A stretch of 64,000 bases of DNA from Nitrosopumilaceae archaeon (GCA_965214835.1 CBDCCK010000002.1:768001-832000); one strand, 5' to 3'; positions 8,830-18,805 are shown, counted from the stretch's first letter. Notes: generated by a model not told the origin, from the letters alone. Numbers and translations: made by a program.

Positions 8830-9906
8830 CTAGGCGCCCTCAGGCTTCATTAAGATTTTGCCGAAAAAGGCGCCCTTTAGCATCTTCGTGTGGGCCTCTG
8901 CTGCCTGCTCGAAGGTATGTACAGAGTCAACGACGGATCTTATCCTTCCCTGGCCCATCCAGTACAGTGCCTGGTCAAGCTCGGCCTTGGTTCCCTGCGT
9001 CGAGCCCAGGACGTTGATTCCCTTGAAGAATATGTGCCTGAGGTCTATCTGTGCGTCATAGCCAGTTGTTGCCCCGCACGACACAAGGGATGCGCCATAC
9101 TTGAGCAGGGTAAGCTGCTTGTTAAAGTGGGTCTGGCCAATGTGGTCAAAGGCAATGTCAATTCCGGGCGCCTCGCCCTTTGTCTTTGCGATCTCCTTTG
9201 ATATCCTAAAGACCTCCTTGCTCCAGTCGTCCTTTCTGTGGTCCACTGCGTAATCTGCACCAAGCTCCCTGCACTTTTCCAGCTTGTCCGGACTGGCAGT
9301 TGCAATCACGTCGCAGTTGTACAGCTTGGCGATCTGAATCCCAAAGCTTCCGACGCCGGAGCCGCCTCCCATGATGAGTACGGTCTGGCCCGGGGTTATT
9401 TTGGCCCTTCCGACCAGCATGTGCCACGAGGTAAGAATGGTCATTGAGGCGGCCGCCGCATCCTCGTATGAGACCCCGTCGGGAATCTTTGAGACGTTGA
9501 CTTCTGGCAGGTGAATCTGCTCGGAATAGGCCCCCCAGAGTGGTCCGGTCTGAAAGCCCCAGACCTGTCTCTTGGTACAGTCAAACTCCCTTCCGTCCGT
9601 GCATGCCTTGCATACTCTGCAGGCAAGGTTGGAGTGAGATACCACCCTGTCTCCGACCTTGAAGTTCTTGACGTCCTCCCCGACCGCAATCACGTCGCCG
9701 GCCACGTCAGAGCCCGATACGTGTGGAAGGGGCACTGCCACCGGGACTCCCCTCATTCCCCAAATGTCGTTATAGTTCAAGGCAGATGCCTTGTTTGTAA
9801 AAATAACCTCGTCGGGCTTTGGTTTTGGCTCGTCTATATCCTGGACTTTGAGGATCTTGGCATAATTATCATCTGGTGCGTATTCATTGTATACTACGGC
9901 TTTCAT
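8830..9906 (-). CDS. Zinc-binding medium-chain dehydrogenase/reductase
   Basis: GroES-like domain, CxxCxxCxxxxxxxC structural Zn site, GGGSGVG Rossmann motif. Confidence 0.9.
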   Translation of the reverse strand: MKAVVYNEYAPDDNYAKILKVQDIDEPKPKPDEVIFTNKASALNYNDIWGMRGVPVAVPLPHVSGSDVAGDVIAVGEDVKNFKVGDRVVSHSNLACRVCKACTDGREFDCTKRQVWGFQTGPLWGAYSEQIHLPEVNVSKIPDGVSYEDAAAASMTILTSWHMLVGRAKITPGQTVLIMGGGSGVGSFGIQIAKLYNCDVIATASPDKLEKCRELGADYAVDHRKDDWSKEVFRISKEIAKTKGEAPGIDIAFDHIGQTHFNKQLTLLKYGASLVSCGATTGYDAQIDLRHIFFKGINVLGSTQGTKAELDQALYWMGQGRIRSVVDSVHTFEQAAEAHTKMLKGAFFGKILMKPEGA

Positions 9907-10068
9907 GAGTAAGAGCCTGCAAGCCCCATAATTATAGTTTTTTAGGATTCCAGTCCCCCAGGTGTGCCCTGCTCGTGGAGGTGCGGGCGGCCATGTAAGG
10001 ATCGGCTGGCCTGTCTGAGCTGTTACGTTTGGAGCCGTCTTACGTGGATCCCTTTGGAAGGCCGGGTT

Positions 10069-10374
10069 CTATATCCGGTTTATTTTAAAATCGCGTTTTG
10101 GCTGTTGTGCAGACAGCAGGATCTGTTTGAGCTGCGCATCCGTGATGGGTGCGGGCAGCTTTCCCTGCGCCCCGATGCCGATGAGATAGTTCTCCACGGC
10201 ATTTGCCAGCTCCGGTTTGACCATTCTGACGTTGCCGAGTCTGGCCCTTGCTGCAGGCTCTAGAATCTGCCTGAGAACCGCCTCCTTTTGTGTCTCCACC
10301 TCCCTTTGTGAGCCAGGATCGGCCCCGGGGACGCTGCCCTGGGTGCCAAATTCATCCGGATTCGTGTAGCTCAT
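10069..10374 (-). CDS. PDCD5-like DNA-binding protein
   Basis: LRQILEPAARARLGNVRMVKP; follows rps19e as usual in archaea. Confidence 0.9.
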   Translation of the reverse strand: MSYTNPDEFGTQGSVPGADPGSQREVETQKEAVLRQILEPAARARLGNVRMVKPELANAVENYLIGIGAQGKLPAPITDAQLKQILLSAQQPKRDFKINRI

Positions 10375-10381
10375 TTTATTT

Positions 10382-10834
10382 CTAAGAGTATACCTTCAGC
10401 TTTGGGTTTTCTGCGGCAAGTCTTTGGAGAATCTCGGTTGCAAGCCTGTCTACTTTTTGCATCCCCTGCTTGGATAGGATCCTGCCCTTCTTCTCGGCTT
10501 TTTCCACATAGCCCAGCTTTTCTAGCTCATGAACGGCGTTTCTGATGATTGCGCCGCCTGCATCCCTGTGCTTTGCCGCGCCGTATCCACGCGGTTTTCC
10601 GCCGCCGTACTCCTTTCTTAGCTCGTTAATTCCAATTGGACCGCGAAGGTAAATTTTTCTTAAAAGCGACGCACACCTAGTATGCCACCAGTCGCTCTCA
10701 TGCGGGGGCTTGTCTGCATGAACCCCGGTCTTTACAAACGAGGCCCAGCTTGGGACGGCAATGTCCTCGCCCTTCAATATCCCGGTAAGCTCCGAGATGA
10801 AGACGTCTGCCGGCACATCGTAGACCTTTGCCAT
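10382..10834 (-). CDS. rps19e: 30S ribosomal protein S19e
   Basis: VYDVPAD, VKTG, DWWHTRCASLLRKIY. Confidence 0.97.
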   Translation of the reverse strand: MAKVYDVPADVFISELTGILKGEDIAVPSWASFVKTGVHADKPPHESDWWHTRCASLLRKIYLRGPIGINELRKEYGGGKPRGYGAAKHRDAGGAIIRNAVHELEKLGYVEKAEKKGRILSKQGMQKVDRLATEILQRLAAENPKLKVYS

Positions 10835-10865
10835 GAAGACAAAAACTTGTGAGTCGCCTTATAAA

Positions 10866-11168
10866 TCATTGAGGCAGTATCTTGCGGTAGACGTGCCCGC
10901 AGTAGCCGCAGGTTATGCGTATCGACCTGGTTGCAGAGCCGCCCACCCTTATCCGTGCATGGACGCCGGGCGCGATGAAGCTCTTGCACTTTTTGCAGAA
11001 TGTCATCCTGATCTCGTACGGCATCCGTATCCTGTATTTAGTGCTGATCCTTCTTGCAAGGCAGGCCTGACGCTGAGACAGTGCAGGATTGCCCCTTGCA
11101 TTGGATACCGCATTATCAATTAGGATCCTCATCCTTTCAAGCGCGATCTGTCTTGCCGCAGGCCTCAT
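10866..11168 (-). CDS. rnp4: Ribonuclease P protein component 4 (Rpp21)
   Basis: IALERMxIL, FCKKC...CGYCG zinc ribbon. Confidence 0.9.
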   Translation of the reverse strand: MRPAARQIALERMRILIDNAVSNARGNPALSQRQACLARRISTKYRIRMPYEIRMTFCKKCKSFIAPGVHARIRVGGSATRSIRITCGYCGHVYRKILPQ

Positions 11169-11215
11169 GTGCTCCAGTCAGGGTTCTCATAAAAATTTGT
11201 TCCAGTCACAAGGCA

Positions 11216-11289
11216 TGCAGTCAGCGGGACTTGAACCCGCGTCACAGGGTTGGAAACCCCGAATACTAACCAGGCTATACTATGACTGC
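11216..11289 (-). tRNA. tRNA-Gly (TCC)
   Basis: Cloverleaf with GCAGTCA/TGACTGC acceptor stem, anticodon arm CGGGG-TTTCCAA-CCCTG, T arm GGTTCAAGTCC; no intron, no encoded CCA. Confidence 0.95.
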
Positions 11290-11311
11290 ACAAAATAGCA
11301 GGCCAGGCAGC

Positions 11312-11980
11312 CTACATAAAAATGGTTTTTTCATACTCGTAAAGAATCCTGGCAGTCACGACATGGGACTCTAGGGGGGAATCACCAATGCGGTACAGTC
11401 CGTCAATGGATTTTTTTGTGGACTCGGCAAAGTGGCCCTTCTGGAACCCCCCGACTACCAGGCACGCGTCCTCGTCAAGCAGGTCTGCAACGCCAGAACA
11501 GGAGCTGAGCGCCCCCTCCGTGGTCAGCCCGATCACCTGGGAGGGCGCAATCTCCCGCACAAGCTCCGAAAACGTCATGCTTGCCATCTCAAGTAGCGGT
11601 CGTGCGCCGTCCCCGACCTTTTTTTCCCCGAATAGCTTCTCAAGCACCCCCCGGAACCTGTGATAGCTCTTCGGAAGGCTTGCGCCCCTTCCCACGCTGA
11701 TCACCTTGTCTCCTATGGTGTGAACATAGACTTGGATTTTGTTTTCACGATACAGCGGGATGGACGTTGCCTCCAGCAGGCTGAAATGAACGATGTCGGG
11801 CCTGCCGCGCTTGATCTCGTTTTCCAGTCCCTTCATTGCAGCGTAATGCCACGAGTTGTCAAGGAGGGTCTCAGACGGCAGCTTGCCTGACCTGCGTGCA
11901 TGTGCCCTTACGGAGCTGTGATGCTGCAGTTCCACGGGAACGGTCTCCAGTGAGGACTCTGCAAGGATCAGCGAGGCCAC
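11312..11980 (-). CDS. nep1: 16S rRNA pseudouridine methyltransferase Nep1/Emg1
   Basis: LLDNSWHY, KRGRPDIVH, VGGFQKGHF. Confidence 0.92.
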   Translation of the reverse strand: MASLILAESSLETVPVELQHHSSVRAHARRSGKLPSETLLDNSWHYAAMKGLENEIKRGRPDIVHFSLLEATSIPLYRENKIQVYVHTIGDKVISVGRGASLPKSYHRFRGVLEKLFGEKKVGDGARPLLEMASMTFSELVREIAPSQVIGLTTEGALSSCSGVADLLDEDACLVVGGFQKGHFAESTKKSIDGLYRIGDSPLESHVVTARILYEYEKTIFM

Positions 11981-11983
11981 AGT

Positions 11984-13102
11984 CTAGGAGCTCCTTGAGA
12001 CCTGGCTGGCAAACTCGTCCCAGCCTGCCTTTGGGTTGCCATCGGCGTCAATCAGGCCGGCACTGCAGACATAGCTGCCCAGGCGCTCGGCTACATGCTC
12101 GCTGCCGCCAAGTCCGGAGCCGCCGCCCACGGTGGCCTTGTCCGAGTCCGGACCTGCATCAAACGAGCATGCCCCGTCGGGCCTGTCATACTGGCGGTAC
12201 CACGTCAGAAACTCAATGTCCTCGTGGTTTTGGTTGTAAAAGTCAAACGCATTTGCAATGAACCTGCTCTGATCCTGGGCGTTTCCGTTTACAAGGTCAG
12301 ACGTACTCCAGCTTACCTCAAAGAATGCCACCTTTTTGCCGCCTGCAAGATCCATTGCATGCCGCAGGTCGCCTACTGCCTCGTCGGGGGTCTTTATAAT
12401 GTCGTTTAGGGAGTCGACCGGAAAGTACGTAAATCCCACAAAGTCGCCTACGTCCAGGCCGCCTACGATGTGATCAAGATCCTTGTTGATTATGCCGTGC
12501 AGCGAGTACGTGTTGCCAAACCGCACGTCCGGGTGCCTGGGCTTTAGCTCGGAGTATACCTCCTCGAACAGATCCCTGTAGGCCGGGATGTCCTGCTCGT
12601 TGTATCTAAAGTGCTCGTCTGTCTCCCCCGAGATGACCACATAATCGACAATGTGGTACCTAGCAAGGATCGCGTCCAGCGTGGAGGCGACCTGGGAGGA
12701 GTCCATCGAGGCCAGATCCGGCCTTCCCATCCAGTCTGGGAGGGGGCCTACCGTTTTCCCGTTGATCAGCGAAAAGTAGAGCGTGACCTTGAGGTTGTTG
12801 TTCTTGTTCAGGCTCATCAGGATGTCAGACTGGCCCCAGTCGTACCTGCCCTGCTCCGGCTCTATTATATTCCAGAACATGTAGACGTTGCTGCGCCCTA
12901 TGCCAGTGGAGGATGCCTGCTCGTAGATGTCGCTGATCAGCCTGACGTCCGGCGTGGCAGTCGGGGAGTTGACCACGAGGCCGATCTTTTGGTTGTTGAC
13001 TGCGGTGTTGAGCGCGGCATCAAACGTCTGAAGCGTCAGCGTCATCGAGGCGCCGATTGCGACGGCAATCACTGCAATGCCCACCATGGCCTTCCTGTCC
13101 AC
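11984..13102 (-). CDS. Membrane-anchored glycoside-hydrolase-like TIM-barrel protein
   Basis: N-terminal TM helix; WNIIEPEQGRYDW clan GH-A-like motif; Glu in SGET and FFEVSW. Confidence 0.6.
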   Translation of the reverse strand: MDRKAMVGIAVIAVAIGASMTLTLQTFDAALNTAVNNQKIGLVVNSPTATPDVRLISDIYEQASSTGIGRSNVYMFWNIIEPEQGRYDWGQSDILMSLNKNNNLKVTLYFSLINGKTVGPLPDWMGRPDLASMDSSQVASTLDAILARYHIVDYVVISGETDEHFRYNEQDIPAYRDLFEEVYSELKPRHPDVRFGNTYSLHGIINKDLDHIVGGLDVGDFVGFTYFPVDSLNDIIKTPDEAVGDLRHAMDLAGGKKVAFFEVSWSTSDLVNGNAQDQSRFIANAFDFYNQNHEDIEFLTWYRQYDRPDGACSFDAGPDSDKATVGGGSGLGGSEHVAERLGSYVCSAGLIDADGNPKAGWDEFASQVSRSS

Positions 13103-13146
13103 CCGGATCGGAAATTAAAAAGGGGGTAAAAAAGTTGTGGTGGCAG

Positions 13147-15804
13147 TTATCCGGACGTGCATCCGGTGTATCCGCAGTCGATGCAGATGCTGCATCCCTC
13201 CACGAAGACAAGGGTGTTCTTGCATGTGGGACAGAGGCTTTCCTCCGGAACGTCCTCGATTGCGGCAAGCTGCTCGCTGGCGATGACCTCTGCAGACGGG
13301 ATCTTCAGGCGCAGCGCGTTGTCCACCTGGGAGCGGATGTAGGAGTTCCCAATGTTGCGAGTCACAAAGTCGGTGACATACCGGGTCGGAACAACGTCAA
13401 ACGTCTTGGTTGCATTCTCGCTGGTCATGTGGAGGACCTGCTTGTGCCTCGAGCCGTCGCGGTACACGGTGATTCCCTTGAGGCCCAGCTCGTGTGCCAG
13501 CAGGTAGGATGCCTTGACGTCGTCTGCGGTCACGTCATACGGCATGTTGATTGTCTTTGCGATTGCGTTTCCAATCCACTGCTGCCATACGGACTGCGCC
13601 ATCAGGTGGTCGGCCCAGTGGATGTCCATCGCGGTGACGAATACTTTTTTGATCCAGTCGGGAATCTCGTCGATTCCCTGCACGGAGCCGTAGTTGTCTG
13701 CAATCTTTGCCAGCAGCTCCTCGCTGTACAGGCCGTTGTCGCGCAGTACCTGCTCGAAGATCTTGTTTGTGTAAAAGAACCTCCCGACGGTCACGCGCTT
13801 TTCAAAGACCAGTGCAAAGGTAGGCTCCATCCCGTTGGTACAGTCCGCAATCATGGAAAGCGTCCCGGTCGGCGCAACAGTCGTGGTCAGGACGTTTCGG
13901 ATTCCGTGCCTTTTGATCTTCTCAATCAGCGCGTCCCACTCAAACGAGTGCGCCTCCTTGGGGTTCTCATAGTATCCGGCGACGGGGATCTTTCCCTCCG
14001 GGAACTCGGTCTTGGGACAGAGTGGGAACTCCCCCCTGGACTTTGACAGTGCGACGCTTTCCTCCATTGAGTAATATGTCAGCGCCTCGGAGAGCTTTGA
14101 CTGCAGCTCGTATCCCTCCTTTGAGTTGTACGGAATCCTCAGCTTGTAGAGAAGATCTGCGACCCCCATGACTCCCAGCCCGATTCTTCGGGAGTCCTTT
14201 GATGCCACGTCGATTTCATCGACAGGATAGTAGTTGACGTCGATTACGTTGTCCAGGAACCGCGTGGTCTTTCGGATTGTCTCCTCGCACCTCTGCCAGT
14301 CAAACTCGTACTCCCCGTCTGCCTTGCGCTTTACAAGGTTTGCAACGTTGATCGAGCCCAGGTTGCATGACTCGTACGGGTAGAGGCTCTGCTCGCCGCA
14401 CGGGTTCGTCGCGCGCAGGGGGGCGCCGCGCGCCTTTGCAAACACGTTGTACTTGTTGATTTGATCAAAGAAGATCAGGCCCGGCTCGGCGCTCTTCCAT
14501 GCGGACAGGGCAATCAGGTCGATTATCTGGTGTGCGTTTACCTCCTTTACGGGCGACATGTCGCGCGCGCTCCTCAGCATGTACTTGCCGTCATCGGTGT
14601 TGACAAGCGCGTTCCAAAAGTCCTCCCAGATTCCAACGCTGACGTTAAAGTTCTCCAGGACCCCGGGCTCTGTCTTGTTCGTGATGAACCTCTCGACGTC
14701 GGGATGCCATGCCTCGATGATTCCCATGTTTGCACCCCTGCGCTTGCCGCCCTGCTTGACTACCTCGGTGACGGTATTGATGATGTTCATAAAGGAGACC
14801 GGACCGGATGCGACTCCCGACGTCGAGGCCACAATGTCTCCCTCGTGTCGCAGGTCAGAGTAGTTGATTCCAACCCCGCCGCCTGACTTGAAGATCAGCG
14901 CCGCATCAGACGTCGACTTCATTATTCCGCCCATGTCGTCAGGCATGTCCAGTACAAAGCATGCGGACAGCTGTCCCAGACGGCCGCCGGCATTCATCAT
15001 TGTCGGCGAGTTTGGCAGAAAGTCCTGCGATACCATCAGCTCAAAGTATTCTGCTACCTTGTCTGCGTGGCTGTCAAGTTTTTTTGCCGCAAGCAGTGTC
15101 AGGACATCCTTAAAGCTTACCTTCATCAGTCCCTTGCCTGCAAGGGCGATGTAGTGATTGATCAGTGACCTGAAATGATACTTGTTCAGGTAGTGGTCTC
15201 CTATCTTGAACTTGTAGTCAAACCTGTCCAGCTTTTCAAGATAGGATCTTGCCTCGTCGACGTTCTGGGAATAGTTGCCGTCCTTTGCAAATATCTGCGG
15301 ATCATACATCAGGTCGCCGATTCCGACCAGGAGCGCGACGCGCTCGAACATCTGCGTCGGCGTCTCGGTGATCTCGTTTTTGTTGTTTCGCAAAAGATAC
15401 CTCGATGCCAGGACGCGCAGGCAGTTCAGATCGAACTTTTTCGACACGGGATCAAGCTGCTTTGTGTTGATGACCTTCATCTTCTCGTCGCGGACCTTGC
15501 GCCTCTCATGCCTGTACAGGATGTAGGCCTTGGCAATCTCGCTCAGGCCGTTATCGATCAGGGTGGATTCTACCATGTCCTGAATATCCTCGACGCTGGG
15601 AGGATGGGATGCAGAAAATCCCTGCTTGTGCAGTTTTTCTAGCACGCCGTCCGTCAGTCGGTCTGCTAGGCCACGATCGGCTTCAGATGTGGCCGCCAAT
15701 GCCTTAAAGATGGCATTGGAAATCTTATCTTTGTTAAAGGTGGTAACCTTTCCGTTTCTCTTGCGGATCTCCCCGATAGAGCTTTCTATTTGTGAATTAT
15801 CCAA
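13147..15804 (-). CDS. nrdJ: Adenosylcobalamin-dependent (class II) ribonucleotide reductase with ATP cone
   Basis: ATP cone (IRKRNG), PNSPT, QLSACFV, TNPCGEQ, APTGT, C-terminal Cys cluster. Confidence 0.95.
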   Translation of the reverse strand: MDNSQIESSIGEIRKRNGKVTTFNKDKISNAIFKALAATSEADRGLADRLTDGVLEKLHKQGFSASHPPSVEDIQDMVESTLIDNGLSEIAKAYILYRHERRKVRDEKMKVINTKQLDPVSKKFDLNCLRVLASRYLLRNNKNEITETPTQMFERVALLVGIGDLMYDPQIFAKDGNYSQNVDEARSYLEKLDRFDYKFKIGDHYLNKYHFRSLINHYIALAGKGLMKVSFKDVLTLLAAKKLDSHADKVAEYFELMVSQDFLPNSPTMMNAGGRLGQLSACFVLDMPDDMGGIMKSTSDAALIFKSGGGVGINYSDLRHEGDIVASTSGVASGPVSFMNIINTVTEVVKQGGKRRGANMGIIEAWHPDVERFITNKTEPGVLENFNVSVGIWEDFWNALVNTDDGKYMLRSARDMSPVKEVNAHQIIDLIALSAWKSAEPGLIFFDQINKYNVFAKARGAPLRATNPCGEQSLYPYESCNLGSINVANLVKRKADGEYEFDWQRCEETIRKTTRFLDNVIDVNYYPVDEIDVASKDSRRIGLGVMGVADLLYKLRIPYNSKEGYELQSKLSEALTYYSMEESVALSKSRGEFPLCPKTEFPEGKIPVAGYYENPKEAHSFEWDALIEKIKRHGIRNVLTTTVAPTGTLSMIADCTNGMEPTFALVFEKRVTVGRFFYTNKIFEQVLRDNGLYSEELLAKIADNYGSVQGIDEIPDWIKKVFVTAMDIHWADHLMAQSVWQQWIGNAIAKTINMPYDVTADDVKASYLLAHELGLKGITVYRDGSRHKQVLHMTSENATKTFDVVPTRYVTDFVTRNIGNSYIRSQVDNALRLKIPSAEVIASEQLAAIEDVPEESLCPTCKNTLVFVEGCSICIDCGYTGCTSG

Positions 15805-16037
15805 TTATAATCTCCCCATTGGGGGTAAATCAGATTGGCATATTAAATATTATTGAGAAAATCAGGTCATACCCAGCTCAACTTTTTTTGTACCAATCCA
15901 ACGGAATTCGAGCCAGATATCGGAGGCCATGCAGCGATGATCGCCTGCTGCCCCACACGGATTTGGGGGTCATAAACCTCACAATTTGCAACGTCTGGGC
16001 TGGCAGTGGAGATCGGCCGCGGATGGCCGGTGCGGGC

Positions 16038-18143
16038 TCAGAGTGACGAATTTCGGAGTATATACGGCGACTTGCAGTCTGGACACTTGCCGGATAGCTT
16101 TTCGCCCTTAAAGCCGCACTGCCCGCAGATGGGTACAGGCTTGATCGGGGTAAAGGACGGTGTCAGGGCCGCGGCCTTTTCAATGGCCGCCTTGATGTCG
16201 GCAGTAGACGCATCCCCCTCAATGTCCAGCCTTACCGCAAGTCCCCCGTTGAGCGCCTTGGCAAGCCTGTTACACTGGGAGATCTCGTCGCTTTTTGCGG
16301 TGAGGCCGGCAACCCCTGCTGCAGGCAACGCCACGCCCTGGCTGTACGAGTCCGAGTCGGCCTCGCCAAGAATGGTGTTCTTGCCATATTTCTCGCCGTC
16401 CATGGCGGCAAACCTGGCGGCGCTCTCGCTGCCGATCATGCAGACTTTGACCTCGTCGCCCAGCTCCTTGCCCTTCTTGGCGGCCACGTCCACGGCCGTC
16501 TCGATTACCTTGTAGAGCACGCCGCGCCCGGCCCTGTCGTTTTGGTAGCCTAGGATGCTGAAGATGGCCTCCCTTAGGCCGACAAGATTGATGATCATGG
16601 ATACGGAACTCCTTTGCATGTATTGCGAGTTCTTGGCCAGGATCGGATTTAGTCCGCGCCTGGTCAGATCAGAGATGTCCTTCTTTCTCAAAGCCATCGA
16701 AGCCAGTGCCGGCTTCATCAGCAGCGCCAGTCTTGCCCTAAAGTAGGTCTCGTCCTTGTTTGACTCAAATGCAAGTCTTGGCAGGTTGATTGAAATGGAA
16801 TGCAGTTTGATTGACGAGGATGCTGCATGCCTTGACGAGTTGGTGATCCCCTTGCAGGATAGCTGCCCCTTTCCAAAGGTTACAATCCCTCCAAGTGAAA
16901 CGATTTCGGCCAGTTTCTCAGATACATCCGATACCCTGCCTTTGTCATGGTCTACTACCAGCCCGATCTTTGGCATTGGCGTCATCCTTGCATAGCTGCG
17001 ATATGCGTTCAGTATTGCGCCAATTGTCTTGTTTTCGGTTCCAAGCTGTAGGCGGACTGAGACGGTCGTTCCGGACTTGCTGTACTTTGAAGTTGTCGAT
17101 GCAGCTGCAAATGCGTTTACCAGCCTGTCTTCCAGCTCGGAGGCGTTTTTTGCATACTTTGAGAGTACCTGTGGCAGGCCGTCGATTACGACCTCCTGCG
17201 ATGCCTCCTTGGCAATCAACGAGATTGTAATGGACAGTGCGGTCGTAAGATCGCCCAGTGTCTTTGTTGCTGCTATCCTTGAAACGTCAAGGTATTTTCC
17301 GCCCAGATCCACGCCGTCATCAAGCAGATCCCTTGCGTTGATGAAGATGGTATCTGGAAGCAGTGACCAGACGCCGGGATTTTCGACATGCAGGTCGCCG
17401 GACAGGTGTGAGTCTACAACGTCCTTTGGCAGCGTATTGATCAAAAGATGCTCGCTGAAGATCCTCTGCCCTGTTTTGAACAGCAGTCCTTCGGCGCCAT
17501 TGTCGATATTGTCGACGTTTGAGACCATTTCCTGGACATCAAAGACGGGCATGCCCAGGCGTACAAGCTTGTTGCGGTACTCCTCGTGTCCGTGCTCAAG
17601 CAGGACGGAGTTTACCATCTCGCGGATCAGCGAGCCCGTAAGATAGGTTGTCTGATACTTGTAGATTCTGTTCTCGACCTCCTCGGTGATTTTTTGCGCC
17701 AGCTCCAGCGGAAGACTTCCCTCCCGGACAAGCGACTGGATGATTTTGTGTGAGTTGAATTCCTCGATTGACTCGTTTGATGATCTGACATACATCTTGC
17801 CGCTCTCAATGATCGATCTTTCCTCAACCTGCCTGGCAAGGCTCAGGACGAGCTTTCCGAGGTTTGTAATGGTGTACCTTCTCTCCGACTTGTTTAATGA
17901 GACAAGGGACTGCCTTAGGAGCTTTCGAAGGTGGTATGCAAACTTTCCGCTCTCCTTTTTGGACTTGAATCCCGCAAGGGATTTCAGCTCCGAGTACGTA
18001 AGGGGGCCTTTTGAGTTGAGAATTCTGAGGATGTCTATCCTGTTTGGGCTTGCCATCACAGAAAAGATCATTCTTACACGCTTTGACGTGGACTGTAGGA
18101 TGCTACCCCTCTTAGGCTCCGCTACCCCCTCGCTCAGTTCCAT
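16038..18143 (-). CDS. ArsR-type HTH + ATP cone + class III RNR (NrdD)-like fusion lacking the glycyl-radical motif
   Basis: N-terminal RIDILRIL...YHLRKL wHTH; EEFNSHKIIQSLVRE ATP cone; HLSGDLHV and SINLPRLA; C-terminal CxxC...CxxC with no RxxGY. Confidence 0.8.
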   Translation of the reverse strand: MELSEGVAEPKRGSILQSTSKRVRMIFSVMASPNRIDILRILNSKGPLTYSELKSLAGFKSKKESGKFAYHLRKLLRQSLVSLNKSERRYTITNLGKLVLSLARQVEERSIIESGKMYVRSSNESIEEFNSHKIIQSLVREGSLPLELAQKITEEVENRIYKYQTTYLTGSLIREMVNSVLLEHGHEEYRNKLVRLGMPVFDVQEMVSNVDNIDNGAEGLLFKTGQRIFSEHLLINTLPKDVVDSHLSGDLHVENPGVWSLLPDTIFINARDLLDDGVDLGGKYLDVSRIAATKTLGDLTTALSITISLIAKEASQEVVIDGLPQVLSKYAKNASELEDRLVNAFAAASTTSKYSKSGTTVSVRLQLGTENKTIGAILNAYRSYARMTPMPKIGLVVDHDKGRVSDVSEKLAEIVSLGGIVTFGKGQLSCKGITNSSRHAASSSIKLHSISINLPRLAFESNKDETYFRARLALLMKPALASMALRKKDISDLTRRGLNPILAKNSQYMQRSSVSMIINLVGLREAIFSILGYQNDRAGRGVLYKVIETAVDVAAKKGKELGDEVKVCMIGSESAARFAAMDGEKYGKNTILGEADSDSYSQGVALPAAGVAGLTAKSDEISQCNRLAKALNGGLAVRLDIEGDASTADIKAAIEKAAALTPSFTPIKPVPICGQCGFKGEKLSGKCPDCKSPYILRNSSL

Positions 18144-18206
18144 GCCTACACTAAAAAATTCCACTAAATAAGAATTGTGAATTCCAAATGATGCGGGTGC
18201 ATTTGA

Positions 18207-18368
18207 TCAGCTCTCCTGCACATCAAGTGTGAACTCCGATGTGGACAGTGCTTGTCCGCAGGACGGACACTTTCCATTGTATGCACCGATCACGTCCTTT
18301 AATGACTTTAGCATTTTCATGCTGGTGATTTTTTCGCCGCATTTGCCGCATGCTACTTCTACCGACAT
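18207..18368 (-). CDS. Small zinc-ribbon protein
   Basis: CGKCG...CPSCG, 53 aa from ATG 18368. Confidence 0.7.
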   Translation of the reverse strand: MSVEVACGKCGEKITSMKMLKSLKDVIGAYNGKCPSCGQALSTSEFTLDVQES

Positions 18369-18437
18369 AAGTGGGGGTGGTTTGACGGGATAATTAAGAA
18401 TCCGCTTGGATTTTTTTGGCAATTACAGCAAATTATT

Positions 18438-18803
18438 TTACTGCTTTTCGATGAGGATTCCCCTGTTATCGAATCCGGTGATTTTCGCTCTGGCTCCAAC
18501 GGGAAGGTCCTCAGGGGAGCCGATTCCGGCCATAAAGCCAGAAACCCTCAAATCGACGCCGTCTAGCTTGAGCACGACCCAAGCATAGGGGGTATACTCC
18601 TCAAATCCCGCCGGAGGCACGGTTATTATGGTATAGGTTGCAACGCTTCCAACTCCCCTTACCGGATGGTTTTCAAACCCCTTGCTTCCGCAACCCCTGC
18701 AAAAGTATACGGTTGAGAGGTGCAGCTCCCCGCACCTTGTGCACTTGCGGGCTAGGACATTGCCTGCCTTGGCCTCGTCAACGAACTCTTGTTTTGCAGA
18801 CAT
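18438..18803 (-). CDS. DUF35 Zn-ribbon/OB-fold protein
   Basis: CTRCG...CRGCG plus OB fold, directly after thiolase. Confidence 0.9.
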   Translation of the reverse strand: MSAKQEFVDEAKAGNVLARKCTRCGELHLSTVYFCRGCGSKGFENHPVRGVGSVATYTIITVPPAGFEEYTPYAWVVLKLDGVDLRVSGFMAGIGSPEDLPVGARAKITGFDNRGILIEKQ

Positions 18804-18805
18804 TT

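Noticed and set aside
11216-11289. tRNA-Gly as an integration site
   Set aside because: No duplicated tRNA 3' end or integrase seen; flanked by core genes
13057-14046. Long antisense ORFs (also 44472-45515 and others)
   Set aside because: Shadows of well-supported genes on the opposite strand
13147-15804. Intein in nrdJ (also checked atpA)
   Set aside because: No C/S...HN splice junctions or LAGLIDADG blocks; lengths fit intein-free proteins
15805-16037. Cobalamin riboswitch or NrdR box upstream of nrdJ
   Set aside because: No B12-box or NrdR consensus recognised; only a short ccccattgggg near-palindrome overlapping the ribosome-binding site
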